Counted from the stretch's first letter, positions 1 through 12,981 are shown. The stretch: DNA of 64,000 bases from an uncultured Clostridia bacterium (GCA_947168565.1 CAMVMM010000001.1:3939-67938), one strand, 5' to 3'. Notes: generated from the sequence alone by a model not told the origin. A program made the numbers and translations.

Positions 1-3505
<3,505 letters not shown>

Positions 3506-3583
3506 AGCATGGACTCTTACGCATAAAAAGCTATGAGCTGAAGTCCTTTGATTGTCAAATAAATGCTGTAAATGATGTTTATC

Positions 3584-3623
3584 AAAAAAATGCCTTCGGC
3601 GCTCATTCGCTGAAGGCATTTTC
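3584..3623. terminator. Bidirectional intrinsic terminator between convergent ligA and the yraN-like gene
   Basis: The sequence is AAAAAA-ATGCCTTC-(14 nt loop)-GAAGGCAT-TTT, an 8-bp stem flanked by A and T runs. Confidence 0.6.
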
Positions 3624-4001
3624 ATAATGATTTATTCCGGAAAAGGGCAGATGCTTCGTCAGATCGACCTCGATAATATCGTATCTGAACACGGTTCTTT
3701 GAATATTATGCTTTGCTATATACGCTTTTGAAGCAAATATAATGTTTCTGCGTTTTTCACTCGTGACGCTGAACTGCGGCGCAACGCCGTTCATATTGGT
3801 TCGGGATTTCACCTCGATAAAGGCAAGTATCTCCCCTTTTCGGGCGATTATATCTATCTCCTTGCGGTGAAAAAGCCAGTTGCGCTCAATGATTCTGTAT
3901 CCATGCAGCCGAAGGTACAGCGCCGCGCGCCGCTCTCCCTTCGCCCCGCTCTTCTGGCTCCTGCTGCCCTTTTCAAGCGCGAGCTTGGTTCGCATTTCCA
4001 T
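3603..4001 (-). CDS. YraN family (UPF0102) endonuclease-like protein
   Basis: 132-aa ORF with the typical YraN core (GERRAALYLRLHGYRIIERNW...EIDIIARKGEILAFIEVKSR). It sits immediately after rnhB, as in many Firmicutes. Confidence 0.75.
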   Translation of the reverse strand: MEMRTKLALEKGSRSQKSGAKGERRAALYLRLHGYRIIERNWLFHRKEIDIIARKGEILAFIEVKSRTNMNGVAPQFSVTSEKRRNIIFASKAYIAKHNIQRTVFRYDIIEVDLTKHLPFSGINHYENAFSE

Positions 4002-4003
4002 AT

Positions 4004-4699
4004 CTACTGCTCCTTTTCACTCACAAAATTCTTTATAAAGCTTCGCCTGTGCAGCTCGCACGGCCCAAACAGCCTTAATGCGTCGATATGCTGCTTCGTG
4101 CCGTAGCCGACGTTTTTTTCAAAGCCGTAATTCGGATATTTCTCCGCCATTTCCATCATGTAGCTGTCCCTTTCCACCTTGGCAACTATGCTTGCGGCGG
4201 CGATGGAATAGCAAATCGCATCGCCGTGAACGAGCGGGATCTGTCTGATAGGAATATCAAGCTCCTTTACAGCATCCACAAACGCCGCGCCGCACGCGAA
4301 GCCGCATTCGGCATAGGCCTTGCTTGAAGCCATGCTCTCATAAGCCCTTTTGAAAGCGAGCTTCGTTGCCTGAAGGATGTTTATTTCGTCTATTGTTTTT
4401 TCATCCACAAACGCAACGCCCCAGCAAAGCGCGGCTTCGATTATTCTATCGTGCAGCATAAGCAGCTTTTTTTTGCTCAGCTTTTTGGAATCGTTCACGC
4501 CGGCTATCAGGCAATCGGGCGGCAGCATAACGCAGGCGGCGGTCACGGGGCCTGCAAGCGGGCCTCTGCCGACCTCGTCCATACCGGCAACGGCGATTCC
4601 GCGCTGCCAAAATGGGCGCTCGTTTTCGCTCATTATGTGCAGCCTCTCCGCCTCGGGCAGTTTAGGGTTGCGATCAGCCAGCTTACTCATGCCGCTCAT
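4004..4699 (-). CDS. rnhB: Ribonuclease HII
   Basis: Contains GMDEVGRGPLAGPV and DSKKLS motifs. The 281-aa ORF has an implausible Arg/Pro-rich N-terminal extension that overlaps rbgA. I place the start at the Met codon at 4699 (or 4690), next to the rbgA stop at 4683. Confidence 0.85.
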   Translation of the reverse strand: MSGMSKLADRNPKLPEAERLHIMSENERPFWQRGIAVAGMDEVGRGPLAGPVTAACVMLPPDCLIAGVNDSKKLSKKKLLMLHDRIIEAALCWGVAFVDEKTIDEINILQATKLAFKRAYESMASSKAYAECGFACGAAFVDAVKELDIPIRQIPLVHGDAICYSIAAASIVAKVERDSYMMEMAEKYPNYGFEKNVGYGTKQHIDALRLFGPCELHRRSFIKNFVSEKEQ

Positions 4700-5642
4700 C
4701 CCATTCTTCTGCATTCGTGGGCGAATCGGCTTCCCAATCGGCTTGCCCATCGGTATCCTCGCCGCCGGCGCTGCCCTCCTCGGTATCGAAGCTGTCCGTT
4801 GGGTTTTCAAGCGCAACGCAGGCAATTTTGCCGCCGCGATATTCGTCAAGCACTATTCTTGCGGCGCGCTCGGTATCGAGATTGCCGCCGGAAAGAACGA
4901 AGCCTCGGCTTCTGCACACGCCCTCAAGCAGCTCGTAGGGAATTTCGGCTTCCGCGTTCAGCTTTTTGTAGCGCGCGGTAAGCTCATTCGGGCAAAGCCT
5001 CATAAGATCGAAAAGCAGCAGCGAGGCTATCTCCTCCGTGTCAAGCACGTCGTCCCGAATGGAGCCGATATAGGCAAGGTGCTTTGCAAGCGTTTCGTTT
5101 TCAAGCTTGCCCCAAAGCAGACCGGGCGTGTCCAGCAGCTCAAGATAATCCGAAACCTTCACCCACTGTTTGCTGCGGGTAACGCCGGGCCTGTCCCCCA
5201 CCTGCGCCCTTGCCGCGCCCGCGATGCGGTTGATGAGGGTGGATTTGCCAACGTTCGGAACGCCTATCACCATGGCGCGAAGCACCTTGCGGATGCCCTT
5301 TTCCCTGTACCTTTTGATAACCGGGCTTCCGGCGGATTCTATGATGGAAACGGCGGTTTTTTTAGCCGACTGAGAGGTGGACACGAGCTCGGCCGCCGTT
5401 ATCCCCTGTGATTTGAAATGCGCGATCCAGGCTTTATTCGATTCACGCGAAGAAAGATCGCTCTTATTCATAAAAACGACCCGAATCTTATTTTTGAAAA
5501 GGCTTTCAAAATCGGGATTACGGCACGCGAGCGGGCAGCGGGCATCCACGATCTCTATCACTATATCCACAAGCTTCACGTTTTCCTCAAGCATCCGGCG
5601 CGCCTTCGCCATGTGCCCGGGGTACCAGTTTATAGTTTGCAT
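4683..5642 (-). CDS. rbgA: Ribosome biogenesis GTPase A (YlqF/RbgA)
   Basis: Starts MQTINWYPGHMAKA and has the circularly permuted GTPase order (NKSDL ... GVPNVGKSTLIN ... DTPG). Confidence 0.9.
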   Translation of the reverse strand: MQTINWYPGHMAKARRMLEENVKLVDIVIEIVDARCPLACRNPDFESLFKNKIRVVFMNKSDLSSRESNKAWIAHFKSQGITAAELVSTSQSAKKTAVSIIESAGSPVIKRYREKGIRKVLRAMVIGVPNVGKSTLINRIAGAARAQVGDRPGVTRSKQWVKVSDYLELLDTPGLLWGKLENETLAKHLAYIGSIRDDVLDTEEIASLLLFDLMRLCPNELTARYKKLNAEAEIPYELLEGVCRSRGFVLSGGNLDTERAARIVLDEYRGGKIACVALENPTDSFDTEEGSAGGEDTDGQADWEADSPTNAEEWDERHE

Positions 5643-5713
5643 AAGCTCCTCGAATTTTATAAAATGCCTCCCGATTTGGGGTCGGGAGGCGGCGGAGTAA
5701 ACTCCTTTGGCTC

Positions 5714-6067
5714 TTATTTGGTTACGATGCGCTCCTTGATCTTGGCGGCCTTACCGGTCCTCTCGCGGAGGTAGTAAAGCTTGGCGCGGCGAACAACGCC
5801 GTGACGCACAACTTCGATCCTGCCGATGCGGGGGCTGTGATAGGGGAAAGTCCTCTCCACGCCGATACCGTAGCTGATGCGGCGAACGGTGAAGCTCTTG
5901 CGGATGCCGCCGCCCTGCATCTTGATAACGATGCCCTCGAAGTTCTGGAGCCTCTCGCGGTTGCCTTCAACGACCTTGACATATACGCGAACGGTATCGC
6001 CGATCTCGAGCTTGGGGAGGTCTGTTCTAAGCTGCTCTTTTTCGAGCTCTCTGATGATGTCTGACAT
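5714..6067 (-). CDS. rplS: 50S ribosomal protein L19
   Basis: 117 aa, with clear L19 sequence ([27 protein letters not shown]...RRAKLYYLR). Confidence 0.97.
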   Translation of the reverse strand: MSDIIRELEKEQLRTDLPKLEIGDTVRVYVKVVEGNRERLQNFEGIVIKMQGGGIRKSFTVRRISYGIGVERTFPYHSPRIGRIEVVRHGVVRRAKLYYLRERTGKAAKIKERIVTK

Positions 6068-6135
6068 TTTTAAACTCCTTTTATACAGATGTTCTTAACC
6101 GACCTGCGGCCATTGGACCATCCAAATGCCTAAAG

Positions 6136-6164
6136 ATTATAGCACAGTTCGGTGCCGAATGCAA
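6136..6164 (-). promoter_or_regulatory. Sigma70-type promoter for rplS (TTGCAT-17-TGCTATAAT)
   Basis: On the minus strand the -35 TTGCAT is at 6159-6164 and the extended -10 TGCTATAAT is at 6136-6144, with 17-nt spacing. A ~65-nt leader follows before the AAGGAG RBS. Confidence 0.5.
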
Positions 6165-6238
6165 GCAAAAACATAGAAAAATAAGCGAAATTTTGATATA
6201 TTAACATTCTTTCCGGCTTTTATAAACGGTTTTCAGCC

Positions 6239-6973
6239 TCAGATCTCGATGCCCTCCTGCCGCAAAAAGGCGATATCATTTTCGGAAAGCTCCGCGCATA
6301 AAAGAAGGTCGGGTCTGTTTTTTGCCGTGGTTAAAAGCGCCTGCTGTCTGCGCCATTTCGCTATCTCGGCATGGTTGCCGTTTAATAAAACGCTCGGCAC
6401 TTCCATTCCGCGAAAGCTTGCGGGGCGGGTATACTGCGGGTACTCAAGCAGACCGCTGCCGGAAAAGCTTTCGTCCTCCGCGGATTCGTCCGAACCGAGC
6501 ACGCCGGGAATGAACCTTGAAAGGCAGTCTATCAGCACCATTGCGGGCAGCTCGCCGCCGGTGAGCACGTAGTCCCCGATGGAGATCTCGTCGTCCATCA
6601 AAGTCATCACGCGTTCGTCTATGCCCTCGTAATGCCCGGCAAGAATAAGCAGCCTTTCTTCCTTTGCAAGCTCTTTTGCAAGCTCGGTTGAAAGGCGCTT
6701 TCCGCGAGGCCCCATATAGATGCAGCGCGGCTTTACCTCGCTTTTAGCGCTCACCGCCGCCACGCAGTCGAATATCGGCTGCGCCAGCATCACCATGCCC
6801 GCGCCGCCGCCGTATGGGTAATCATCGGTATTATGATGCTTATTCGCGGAAAAATCGCGGATATTATGCGCGTGGAATTCAAGCAGCCCCTTTTCCTCCG
6901 CCCTTCCGAGAATGCTGGAATGGATCGCGCTGCCAAACATTTCAGGGAAAATGGTTAGAATATCAATCCTCAA
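6239..6973 (-). CDS. trmD: tRNA (guanine37-N1)-methyltransferase TrmD
   Basis: The conserved N-terminus (L)RIDILTIFPEMF begins at a TTG at 6973 that overlaps the rimM stop. The upstream 23 codons of the listed ORF lie inside rimM. Also contains the GGGAGMV and GHYEGIDERV motifs. Confidence 0.9.
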   Translation of the reverse strand: MRIDILTIFPEMFGSAIHSSILGRAEEKGLLEFHAHNIRDFSANKHHNTDDYPYGGGAGMVMLAQPIFDCVAAVSAKSEVKPRCIYMGPRGKRLSTELAKELAKEERLLILAGHYEGIDERVMTLMDDEISIGDYVLTGGELPAMVLIDCLSRFIPGVLGSDESAEDESFSGSGLLEYPQYTRPASFRGMEVPSVLLNGNHAEIAKWRRQQALLTTAKNRPDLLLCAELSENDIAFLRQEGIEI

Positions 6974-7484
6974 AAAGCCCCACCTCCGCAAGCACCTCGG
7001 CGTTGAAAACAATGAGCTTTGCTTCAATATCCACTTTATCAAGCAGCTTCTTCAGCGCCGGAACGGAAAGCTTCTTTTTGCCGCGAACAACGTAAACGTC
7101 GTTTGCGTTCGTTTCGTACACGTCCTCCACCACGCCAAGCTCCTCGCCGTTGGAGGAAACAACGCGGCAGCCGATTATGTCGCGCACGAAATAGGTGCCC
7201 TCCGGCAGCTTCACGGCGTGAGCGCGGTCAACGCAAAGATAGGCGTTGCGCAGCGCCTCCGCCTGCTCAACGCTGTCCACGCCCTCAAGCTTGGCGATAG
7301 CGGCGTTATCCGCAGAGGCTCTTGCGCTCTCAACGTGAACGGGGGTATACTCCCCCTCCGACCTTTCGATGTAGGCCTCCTTAAGCTTTTTGAAGCGCGA
7401 GGGATCGTCCGTAAGCGAAAGAAGCTTTACCTCGCCCCGAACGCCGTGCGGGCGCAGTATCAATCCAATGCGAAAATAGTCCAT
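6963..7484 (-). CDS. rimM: 16S rRNA processing protein RimM
   Basis: 173 aa. Has the IGLILRPHGVRGEVKL N-terminus plus a PRC-barrel C-terminus, and lies between rpsP/KH and trmD. Confidence 0.9.
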   Translation of the reverse strand: MDYFRIGLILRPHGVRGEVKLLSLTDDPSRFKKLKEAYIERSEGEYTPVHVESARASADNAAIAKLEGVDSVEQAEALRNAYLCVDRAHAVKLPEGTYFVRDIIGCRVVSSNGEELGVVEDVYETNANDVYVVRGKKKLSVPALKKLLDKVDIEAKLIVFNAEVLAEVGLFED

Positions 7485-7496
7485 AGAATCTCCGTA

Positions 7497-8063
7497 TCAA
7501 AAAGTGTTGTTTGAGAATTGAAAGAGCCCGGGATCAAAGCATGGGTCGTTCAAAACCGCTTGAAGCTCCTGATCAAAGCCGCAATCAATATAAAAAATCC
7601 TCTCTCCTGCCCTTTTGAAGCCGCAAATAAACTCGGCATTATCTTTCTTTAATTCATCCATAGTGAGGGTATCAAGCAAACGCCTTTCTATGCGGCAGGA
7701 ATTAGCGAGAATGCTGCCGAAATTGGACTCGATATAGCGCTCCGTCATCGCAAGGCAAATAAAGCGGATGGCGCTTTGATATTCCGCATCAAAGTCATTT
7801 CTCCAATCAAAAGGAACGTAGCAGCCTTCAACTATCAGATTTTGAAGGTTCTCGACGGCGGTTTTGATGATCTCGCGGACGATCGGCCATAGATAAGGCG
7901 TTAGAGCGGCATCATCCTCGGGAGTGAGCTTGGTTTGACCGCTGCGGATGAGTCCCATTTTCAAATGGTCGATGGAAAAGCACGGAAACTTAAGCTTTTC
8001 AATAAGCATTTGGGATAAAACCGTTTTACCCGTATGGGATGCGCCCGTGATCAGGATTATCAT
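7497..8063 (-). CDS. P-loop NTPase/kinase, 2-phosphoglycerate-kinase/adenylate-kinase-like (hypothetical)
   Basis: The ATG at 8063 lies 7 nt after GGAGG. It has a Walker A motif (ILITGASHTGKTVLS) and a Walker-B-like LIVEGCY. The gene is visibly more A+T-rich than its neighbours. Confidence 0.6.
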   Translation of the reverse strand: MIILITGASHTGKTVLSQMLIEKLKFPCFSIDHLKMGLIRSGQTKLTPEDDAALTPYLWPIVREIIKTAVENLQNLIVEGCYVPFDWRNDFDAEYQSAIRFICLAMTERYIESNFGSILANSCRIERRLLDTLTMDELKKDNAEFICGFKRAGERIFYIDCGFDQELQAVLNDPCFDPGLFQFSNNTF

Positions 8064-8100
8064 TATGCCACCTCCGCAGCCAAAGAAAACCATCCAATCT

Positions 8101-8132
8101 AAAAAAGCGGGGCGTGAGCGAAAAGCCCCTGC
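8101..8132 (-). terminator. Intrinsic terminator-like hairpin inside the ribosomal operon (between the KH gene and the P-loop gene)
   Basis: The minus strand reads GC(A)GGGGC-TTTTCGCTCAC-GCCCCGC-TTTTTT, a 7-bp stem with one bulge followed by a U6 tract. Confidence 0.5.
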
Positions 8133-8152
8133 CTGCGCTTTTTACGAATTGA

Positions 8153-8488
8153 TTACATAATATCGACGCGATACTTGATATCGCCCTTCACGGTGGCGGC
8201 GCGAACAACGGTGCGGATAGCCTTGGCGATCCTGCCCTGCTTGCCGATCACCTTGCCCGTGTCATCCTTGGCAACGGTGAGCGCGATGGTAACGACGTTG
8301 CTTTCAGCGCCGGAAACGGCCTCATCGCTTGCGCCCTCGGCATCGTTTGCGGAAGCGTCTGCGCCATCCGGAGCATCGTTCGGCTTGATCTCGACCTTTA
8401 CCGCATCGGGTTCGTCTACAAGGTTTTTGGCTATGTATTCCACAAGCGCCATAACCTCGGGAGTGGTGATGACCTTATTCTCTTCCAT
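8153..8488 (-). CDS. KH-domain RNA-binding protein (YlqC family)
   Basis: The ATG at 8488 overlaps the rpsP stop (TGATG). The KH core is GKVIGKQGRIAKAIRTVV. The N-terminal 24 codons of the listed ORF lie inside rpsP. Confidence 0.8.
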   Translation of the reverse strand: MEENKVITTPEVMALVEYIAKNLVDEPDAVKVEIKPNDAPDGADASANDAEGASDEAVSGAESNVVTIALTVAKDDTGKVIGKQGRIAKAIRTVVRAATVKGDIKYRVDIM

Positions 8489-8730
8489 CAGTCGATAACG
8501 CCGTTCTTCTTGAACAGTCCGCGAACGGTCTCGGTGGGCTGAGCGCCGTTCTTGATCCACTGCCTGGCTTTTTCCGCATTCACAACCACCTCGGCGGGGT
8601 TGGTGAGGGGGTTGTAGTAACCGATCTCCTCAACGAAAGCGCCGTCGCGGGGCGCGCGGGAATCGGCAACGATGATGCGGTAGAAGGGAGCCTTCTTTGC
8701 GCCCATTCTGCGAAGCCTGATCTTAAGCAT
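8488..8730 (-). CDS. rpsP: 30S ribosomal protein S16
   Basis: 80 aa, starting [30 protein letters not shown]. Confidence 0.97.
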   Translation of the reverse strand: MLKIRLRRMGAKKAPFYRIIVADSRAPRDGAFVEEIGYYNPLTNPAEVVVNAEKARQWIKNGAQPTETVRGLFKKNGVID

Positions 8731-8797
8731 GATAGTTCCTCCTAAAAAATATGTTGTATGCTTTATTATTCCAAACGGCTGTGCCGAAATTGGTGAA

Positions 8798-10153
8798 TTA
8801 CTGTGGGAGCCCGCTCTTGCCGAACAATCCGCGAAGCAGACCCTTGCGCTTTTTGCCCTTGCCGCCCGTGAACTGCTTCATAAGCTGGCGGGACTGCTCA
8901 AACTGCTTTAAAAGCCTGTTTACGTCCTGAACGCTCGTGCCGCTGCCGGCGGCGATGCGCTTTTTACGGCTTGCGTTCAGAAGGTCCGGCCTTCTGCGCT
9001 CCTTGGGAGTCATGGAGGTGATGATCGCCTCCATCCTGCCGGTCGCCTTTTTGTCGATCTCAACGTCCTTGAGCTTGGAGGCGTCCACGCCCGGCATCAT
9101 GCCGAGTATCTCCTCCACGGAGCCCATTTTTTTCATCTGCTGAAACTGCTCCAGGAAGTCGTCCAGCGTGAAATCGTCGTTTTTGATCTTATTTGCAAGC
9201 TCAAGCGCCTGCTTTTCGTCGAACGCCTGCTCCGCCTTTTCGATAAGGGTGAGCACGTCGCCCATGCCCAGAATGCGGGACGCCATGCGGTCGGGGTAAA
9301 AAGGCTCGATGTCGGTAAGCTTTTCGCCTATGCCGGAAAACTTTATCGGCTTGCCGGTGACTTCACGAACGGAGAGCGCCGCGCCGCCGCGCGTGTCGCC
9401 GTCGAGCTTGGTGATGATAACGCCGGTGAGCCCGAGCTTTTCGTTGAAGGATTTGGCAACGTTTACCGCGTCCTGACCCGTCATTGCGTCCACAACGAGC
9501 AGGGTCTCCGCGGGCTTTGCGTATTCCTTGATGGCGGCGATCTCATCCATCATGGCTTCGTCGATATGCAGACGGCCTGCGGTATCGATTATCACAAGAT
9601 CCATGAGCCTGCTTTCGGCAAACTCTATGGCTTCCTTTACCGTTTTAACGGGATCCTGCGTGCCGCGCTCGAAAACGGGCACGTTTACCTTCTCGCCCAC
9701 GACCTGAAGCTGAGTGATAGCGGCGGGGCGGTAGATATCGCAGGCCACGAGAAGGGGCTTTTTCTGCTGGGTCTTGGCAAGATAGGCCGCAAGCTTGCCC
9801 GCCATGGTGGTTTTGCCCGCGCCCTGAAGACCCGCAAGCAGGAAGATCGAGGGCTTTTTGGGGCCGAACTCAAGCTTGGATACGGTGCCGCCCATCAGGC
9901 GGGTCAGCTCCTCGTTCACGATTTTGATAATCTGCTGCGAGGGCGTGAGGCTCTCAAGCACCTCCGTGCCGACCGCACGCTCGGAAACCGTGTTGATGAA
10001 GGATTTAACAACGGTGAAGTTTACGTCCGCCTCAAGCAGCGCAAGCTTCACCTCGCGCATAGCCTCTTTGACCTCTTTTTCGGTCAGCTTGCCGCGATTG
10101 CCGAGTTTTTTGAAAATATTTTGAAGCTTTGAAGAAAGTCCCTCAAATGCCAT
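8798..10153 (-). CDS. ffh: Signal recognition particle protein Ffh
   Basis: 451 aa. Has N/G domains ([20 protein letters not shown]) and a Met-rich M domain. Confidence 0.97.
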   Translation of the reverse strand: MAFEGLSSKLQNIFKKLGNRGKLTEKEVKEAMREVKLALLEADVNFTVVKSFINTVSERAVGTEVLESLTPSQQIIKIVNEELTRLMGGTVSKLEFGPKKPSIFLLAGLQGAGKTTMAGKLAAYLAKTQQKKPLLVACDIYRPAAITQLQVVGEKVNVPVFERGTQDPVKTVKEAIEFAESRLMDLVIIDTAGRLHIDEAMMDEIAAIKEYAKPAETLLVVDAMTGQDAVNVAKSFNEKLGLTGVIITKLDGDTRGGAALSVREVTGKPIKFSGIGEKLTDIEPFYPDRMASRILGMGDVLTLIEKAEQAFDEKQALELANKIKNDDFTLDDFLEQFQQMKKMGSVEEILGMMPGVDASKLKDVEIDKKATGRMEAIITSMTPKERRRPDLLNASRKKRIAAGSGTSVQDVNRLLKQFEQSRQLMKQFTGGKGKKRKGLLRGLFGKSGLPQ

Positions 10154-10514
10154 CGCTGCCCTCCGTTATATCCGAAAGCTCGGAAAGTAGAGAAAAAAGT
10201 TTATCAAGCCTCTGCACATTTTCCGCATCCCGCGCGATCGAGTCAAGCTCAAGGCGCATGGAGCGAGCTATGCCGGAAATCCGCCTGTCCTTTTCAATAA
10301 GATGAAGCCTTTGCTCCATTTCGATAAGCGTTTTTTCGCCGCGCGCTATCGCGTCCCTCACGCCCTGGCGGGAGATGCCGCGCTGCTCCGCTATCTCGCT
10401 GAGGGACAGATCCTCGTCGCAGCTCAGGCGCAGAGCCTCAAGCTGAGTTTCCGTAAGGAATGAGCCGTAATAATCGATAAGGAGGCTGAGATCCACACGA
10501 TCGAGCATAAGCAC
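10143..10514 (-). CDS. ylxM: YlxM (UPF0122) putative HTH protein
   Basis: 123 aa with a sigma-70 region-4-like HTH (LSLSEIAEQRGISRQGVRDAI). It overlaps the ffh start by 11 nt, which is the canonical ylxM-ffh pairing. Confidence 0.8.
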   Translation of the reverse strand: MLMLDRVDLSLLIDYYGSFLTETQLEALRLSCDEDLSLSEIAEQRGISRQGVRDAIARGEKTLIEMEQRLHLIEKDRRISGIARSMRLELDSIARDAENVQRLDKLFSLLSELSDITEGSDGI

Positions 10515-10633
10515 CTCCTTGATTGCTGTAAAGGCTTGAAGCTTTACAGGGTCCTATTATACATGATTTTATCTAAATGTCAATACCAAAGCAGGAAAAA
10601 TTCCTATATATTGCAAGCGCAAACAGTATTCGG

Positions 10634-11149
10634 TCAGCTCTGCCTGTCAAAAAGGCCCTGCAGCCTTGAAACAAGTTCTCGGTAATGCGGCGGATAGGCG
10701 TTCATGCCCCTTGCGAAGATCGTTTCGCCGTTTTCAAGCTCTATCTCAAGGCTGAAGCCGCCTCCGTCGCACACGTGGGGGTTGGTTTCATCAAAGCCGT
10801 TCCACGAGGCAACGCCGAGCGAGCCGAGCAGCTCCGCAAGCTCGTTATAGAGCTGCTCGCTGCCTCCGCGCCGCTTTGCAAGGCAGTTTTTGCGCGAATG
10901 CACGCCCTCGCCCGCGTCCCACCAGTTGCCGAAGTAGTTTGAAATGCGAACGCCGTTCTCGGTTTTCAAAAGCTCGTATTCGTTCTCCTCGGCGGTGCAG
11001 CCATGCTCATGAAGAATGAGCTTTTTGAAGCGAAGCGCGGTTTTAGACGGCTTTGCGGCAAGCCTTTTTCTGAAAACAAAGAACAGAACCGCCGCCAAAA
11101 CGAGCAGCGCGAAAGCTCCCAAAATGATATACAAAATCTGCTGCGGCAT
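10634..11149 (-). CDS. Hypothetical membrane-anchored protein
   Basis: The ATG at 11149 lies 5 nt after GGGAGG. It has one N-terminal TM helix (ILYIILGAFALLVLAAVLFFVF). I recognise no family. Confidence 0.5.
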   Translation of the reverse strand: MPQQILYIILGAFALLVLAAVLFFVFRKRLAAKPSKTALRFKKLILHEHGCTAEENEYELLKTENGVRISNYFGNWWDAGEGVHSRKNCLAKRRGGSEQLYNELAELLGSLGVASWNGFDETNPHVCDGGGFSLEIELENGETIFARGMNAYPPHYRELVSRLQGLFDRQS

Positions 11150-11224
11150 GGATGCCTCCCTTGTAAAAAGCTTTTGGGCCGAAGCACACGCCCGGCCCTT
11201 ATAGGAAACCAAATATGGAAAGAA

Positions 11225-12664
11225 TCAGAGCGAATCGCCGAAATCGCGGCGGAATTTCTCGGCAAGCCTTTCGGGCCAGTCGGAGTTCGCTTCGAGCGCG
11301 TCATAGAAGTTATGCGGTGCGTTCGTTTCAAAATGCAGGCCGCCGATCAGCTCTCGGTTATCATAAAGCCACAGAAGGCGGTCGATAAGATAATTCATCT
11401 GCGAAACCGTGTACACCCTGCGGGGAACTGCAAGGCGCACAAGCTCCATTGAGCCGTAGGGCTCCTCATCGGGATCGGCCCAAGGCTCGTCGATGCCGCC
11501 GCGCTCCATTCCACGTGCGCCGGAGGCAATATATATTGCGGATGCAAGCGCACCGGCGGGATAATCTCTGCGGTCGATATGCGGCACGAACTTCATAGCG
11601 TCTATATGGCAGCCAAGACCGCCCGGCGGAGTGACCACGGGGATGCCGGCGTCCTCAAGCTCGTTCACAAGGTATTCGATGAACTGCGGCCCCTGTGAGA
11701 TCGTGTCCTCGTCCATGGTGTCGTCCAGGCCGACCCTTATCGCTTCCATCTCCCGAACGCTCATGCCGCCGAAGGTGGGAAAGCCCTCGAAGGAGGCAAC
11801 GAAGGATTTAATATGCTCAAATTCCTTTTGATCGTTCAGTATGATGGCGCCGCCCCTGCCAAAGCCGAGCTTGCGGGCGGAGAAATAGATTATGTCCATA
11901 GCGTCGGACATGGTGCGCACTATCTCGCGGATGCTCTTATCGCGGTAGGCGTTTTCGCGCGTTTTTATAAAATGAAGATTATCCTGAAGCAGGCTTGCGT
12001 CAAGCACGGAGAGAACGCCGTACTTCCTGCACAGCTCGGAAACGGCAAGCATATTGTCGAGTGAGATCGGCTGGCCACCGATGAGGTTTGTGCCCGCCTC
12101 GATGCGCACGAACGCTATATTGCCGCCCTGCTGCTTGAGCACGCTTTCAAGCTTCACAAGGTCGAAATCGCCCTTGAACGGATTTGCGCTCTGCTTTTGA
12201 AGGCCCTCCTCCGCGATGCAGATCACAAAATCGCCGCCGCAATACTGTATTTTGCCAACCGAGGTGCCGAACTGGAAGTTCATCGGCACGATGCTGCCGG
12301 GCTTGGGCTGAACGTAGGCAAGCGCCAGCATGTGCTCGCAAGCCCTTCCCTGATGCACGGGCAGAAAATAATCCTTGTTGAAGATCTCTTTTATTTTGTC
12401 GGCAAGTCTGAAATAGGTTTTGCTGCCCGCATAGCAGTCATCCCCCGTCATCATGGCGCCGAGCTGATCGTTCGTCATGGCGTTCACGCCGCTGTCGGTC
12501 AGCATATCAAGGAAAATATCCTTGGATTCCATGCGATAGGTATTGAAGCCGGCTTTTCTGATGGCCTTTACGCGCTCCTCAACGGGAATTATCTCGGTTT
12601 TCTGCACTATGCAGACCTTGTGCATCTCAAGGGGAAGCGAATTTCTCCTGTAATAATCGACCAT
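11225..12664 (-). CDS. Beta-eliminating lyase family PLP enzyme (tryptophanase / tyrosine phenol-lyase-like)
   Basis: The N-terminal region resembles TnaA/TPL (KAGFNTYRMESKDIFLDMLTDSGVNAMTNDQLGAMMTGDDCYAGSKTYF). The putative PLP-Lys segment is FSARKLG. The start is ATG 12664 (or GTG 12670), downstream of GGAAGGAG. Confidence 0.75.
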   Translation of the reverse strand: MVDYYRRNSLPLEMHKVCIVQKTEIIPVEERVKAIRKAGFNTYRMESKDIFLDMLTDSGVNAMTNDQLGAMMTGDDCYAGSKTYFRLADKIKEIFNKDYFLPVHQGRACEHMLALAYVQPKPGSIVPMNFQFGTSVGKIQYCGGDFVICIAEEGLQKQSANPFKGDFDLVKLESVLKQQGGNIAFVRIEAGTNLIGGQPISLDNMLAVSELCRKYGVLSVLDASLLQDNLHFIKTRENAYRDKSIREIVRTMSDAMDIIYFSARKLGFGRGGAIILNDQKEFEHIKSFVASFEGFPTFGGMSVREMEAIRVGLDDTMDEDTISQGPQFIEYLVNELEDAGIPVVTPPGGLGCHIDAMKFVPHIDRRDYPAGALASAIYIASGARGMERGGIDEPWADPDEEPYGSMELVRLAVPRRVYTVSQMNYLIDRLLWLYDNRELIGGLHFETNAPHNFYDALEANSDWPERLAEKFRRDFGDSL

Positions 12665-12981
12665 GATCACTATATCTCCTTCCGGAATAAGCATTCACAC
12701 AATTGGTGAAGCGCATTTCCTTACGCTCAATACATATTATAAGTGTGTGAAGGGATTTGTCAAAGCTTTTGCTTACATTATCTACTACTGTTAATAAATT
12801 TGCCACATTTTTGTTATAAATTACGTTAAATAATTTAACAAGGGTAAAAAAGCGGCATCACGGTTTAATACTAACGTACATCTAAAACATTGAGATTGGA
12901 CGAGCAGATTTTTCGCTGTATCAATGAGGAAAATCGCAGCTTGACTCGGAGCGTCAATCAAGATTTGACGAAGCAGATACG

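Noticed and set aside
4700-4849. N-terminal extensions of listed ORFs. They affect rnhB, trmD, the KH protein, gap, plsX, ylbJ, the NRPS-like gene, the S8 peptidase, the AT3 gene and the aminotransferase.
   Set aside because: The extensions overlap the preceding gene or lack an RBS. In each case an internal start with a good Shine-Dalgarno reproduces the conserved family N-terminus. I used the shorter coordinates.
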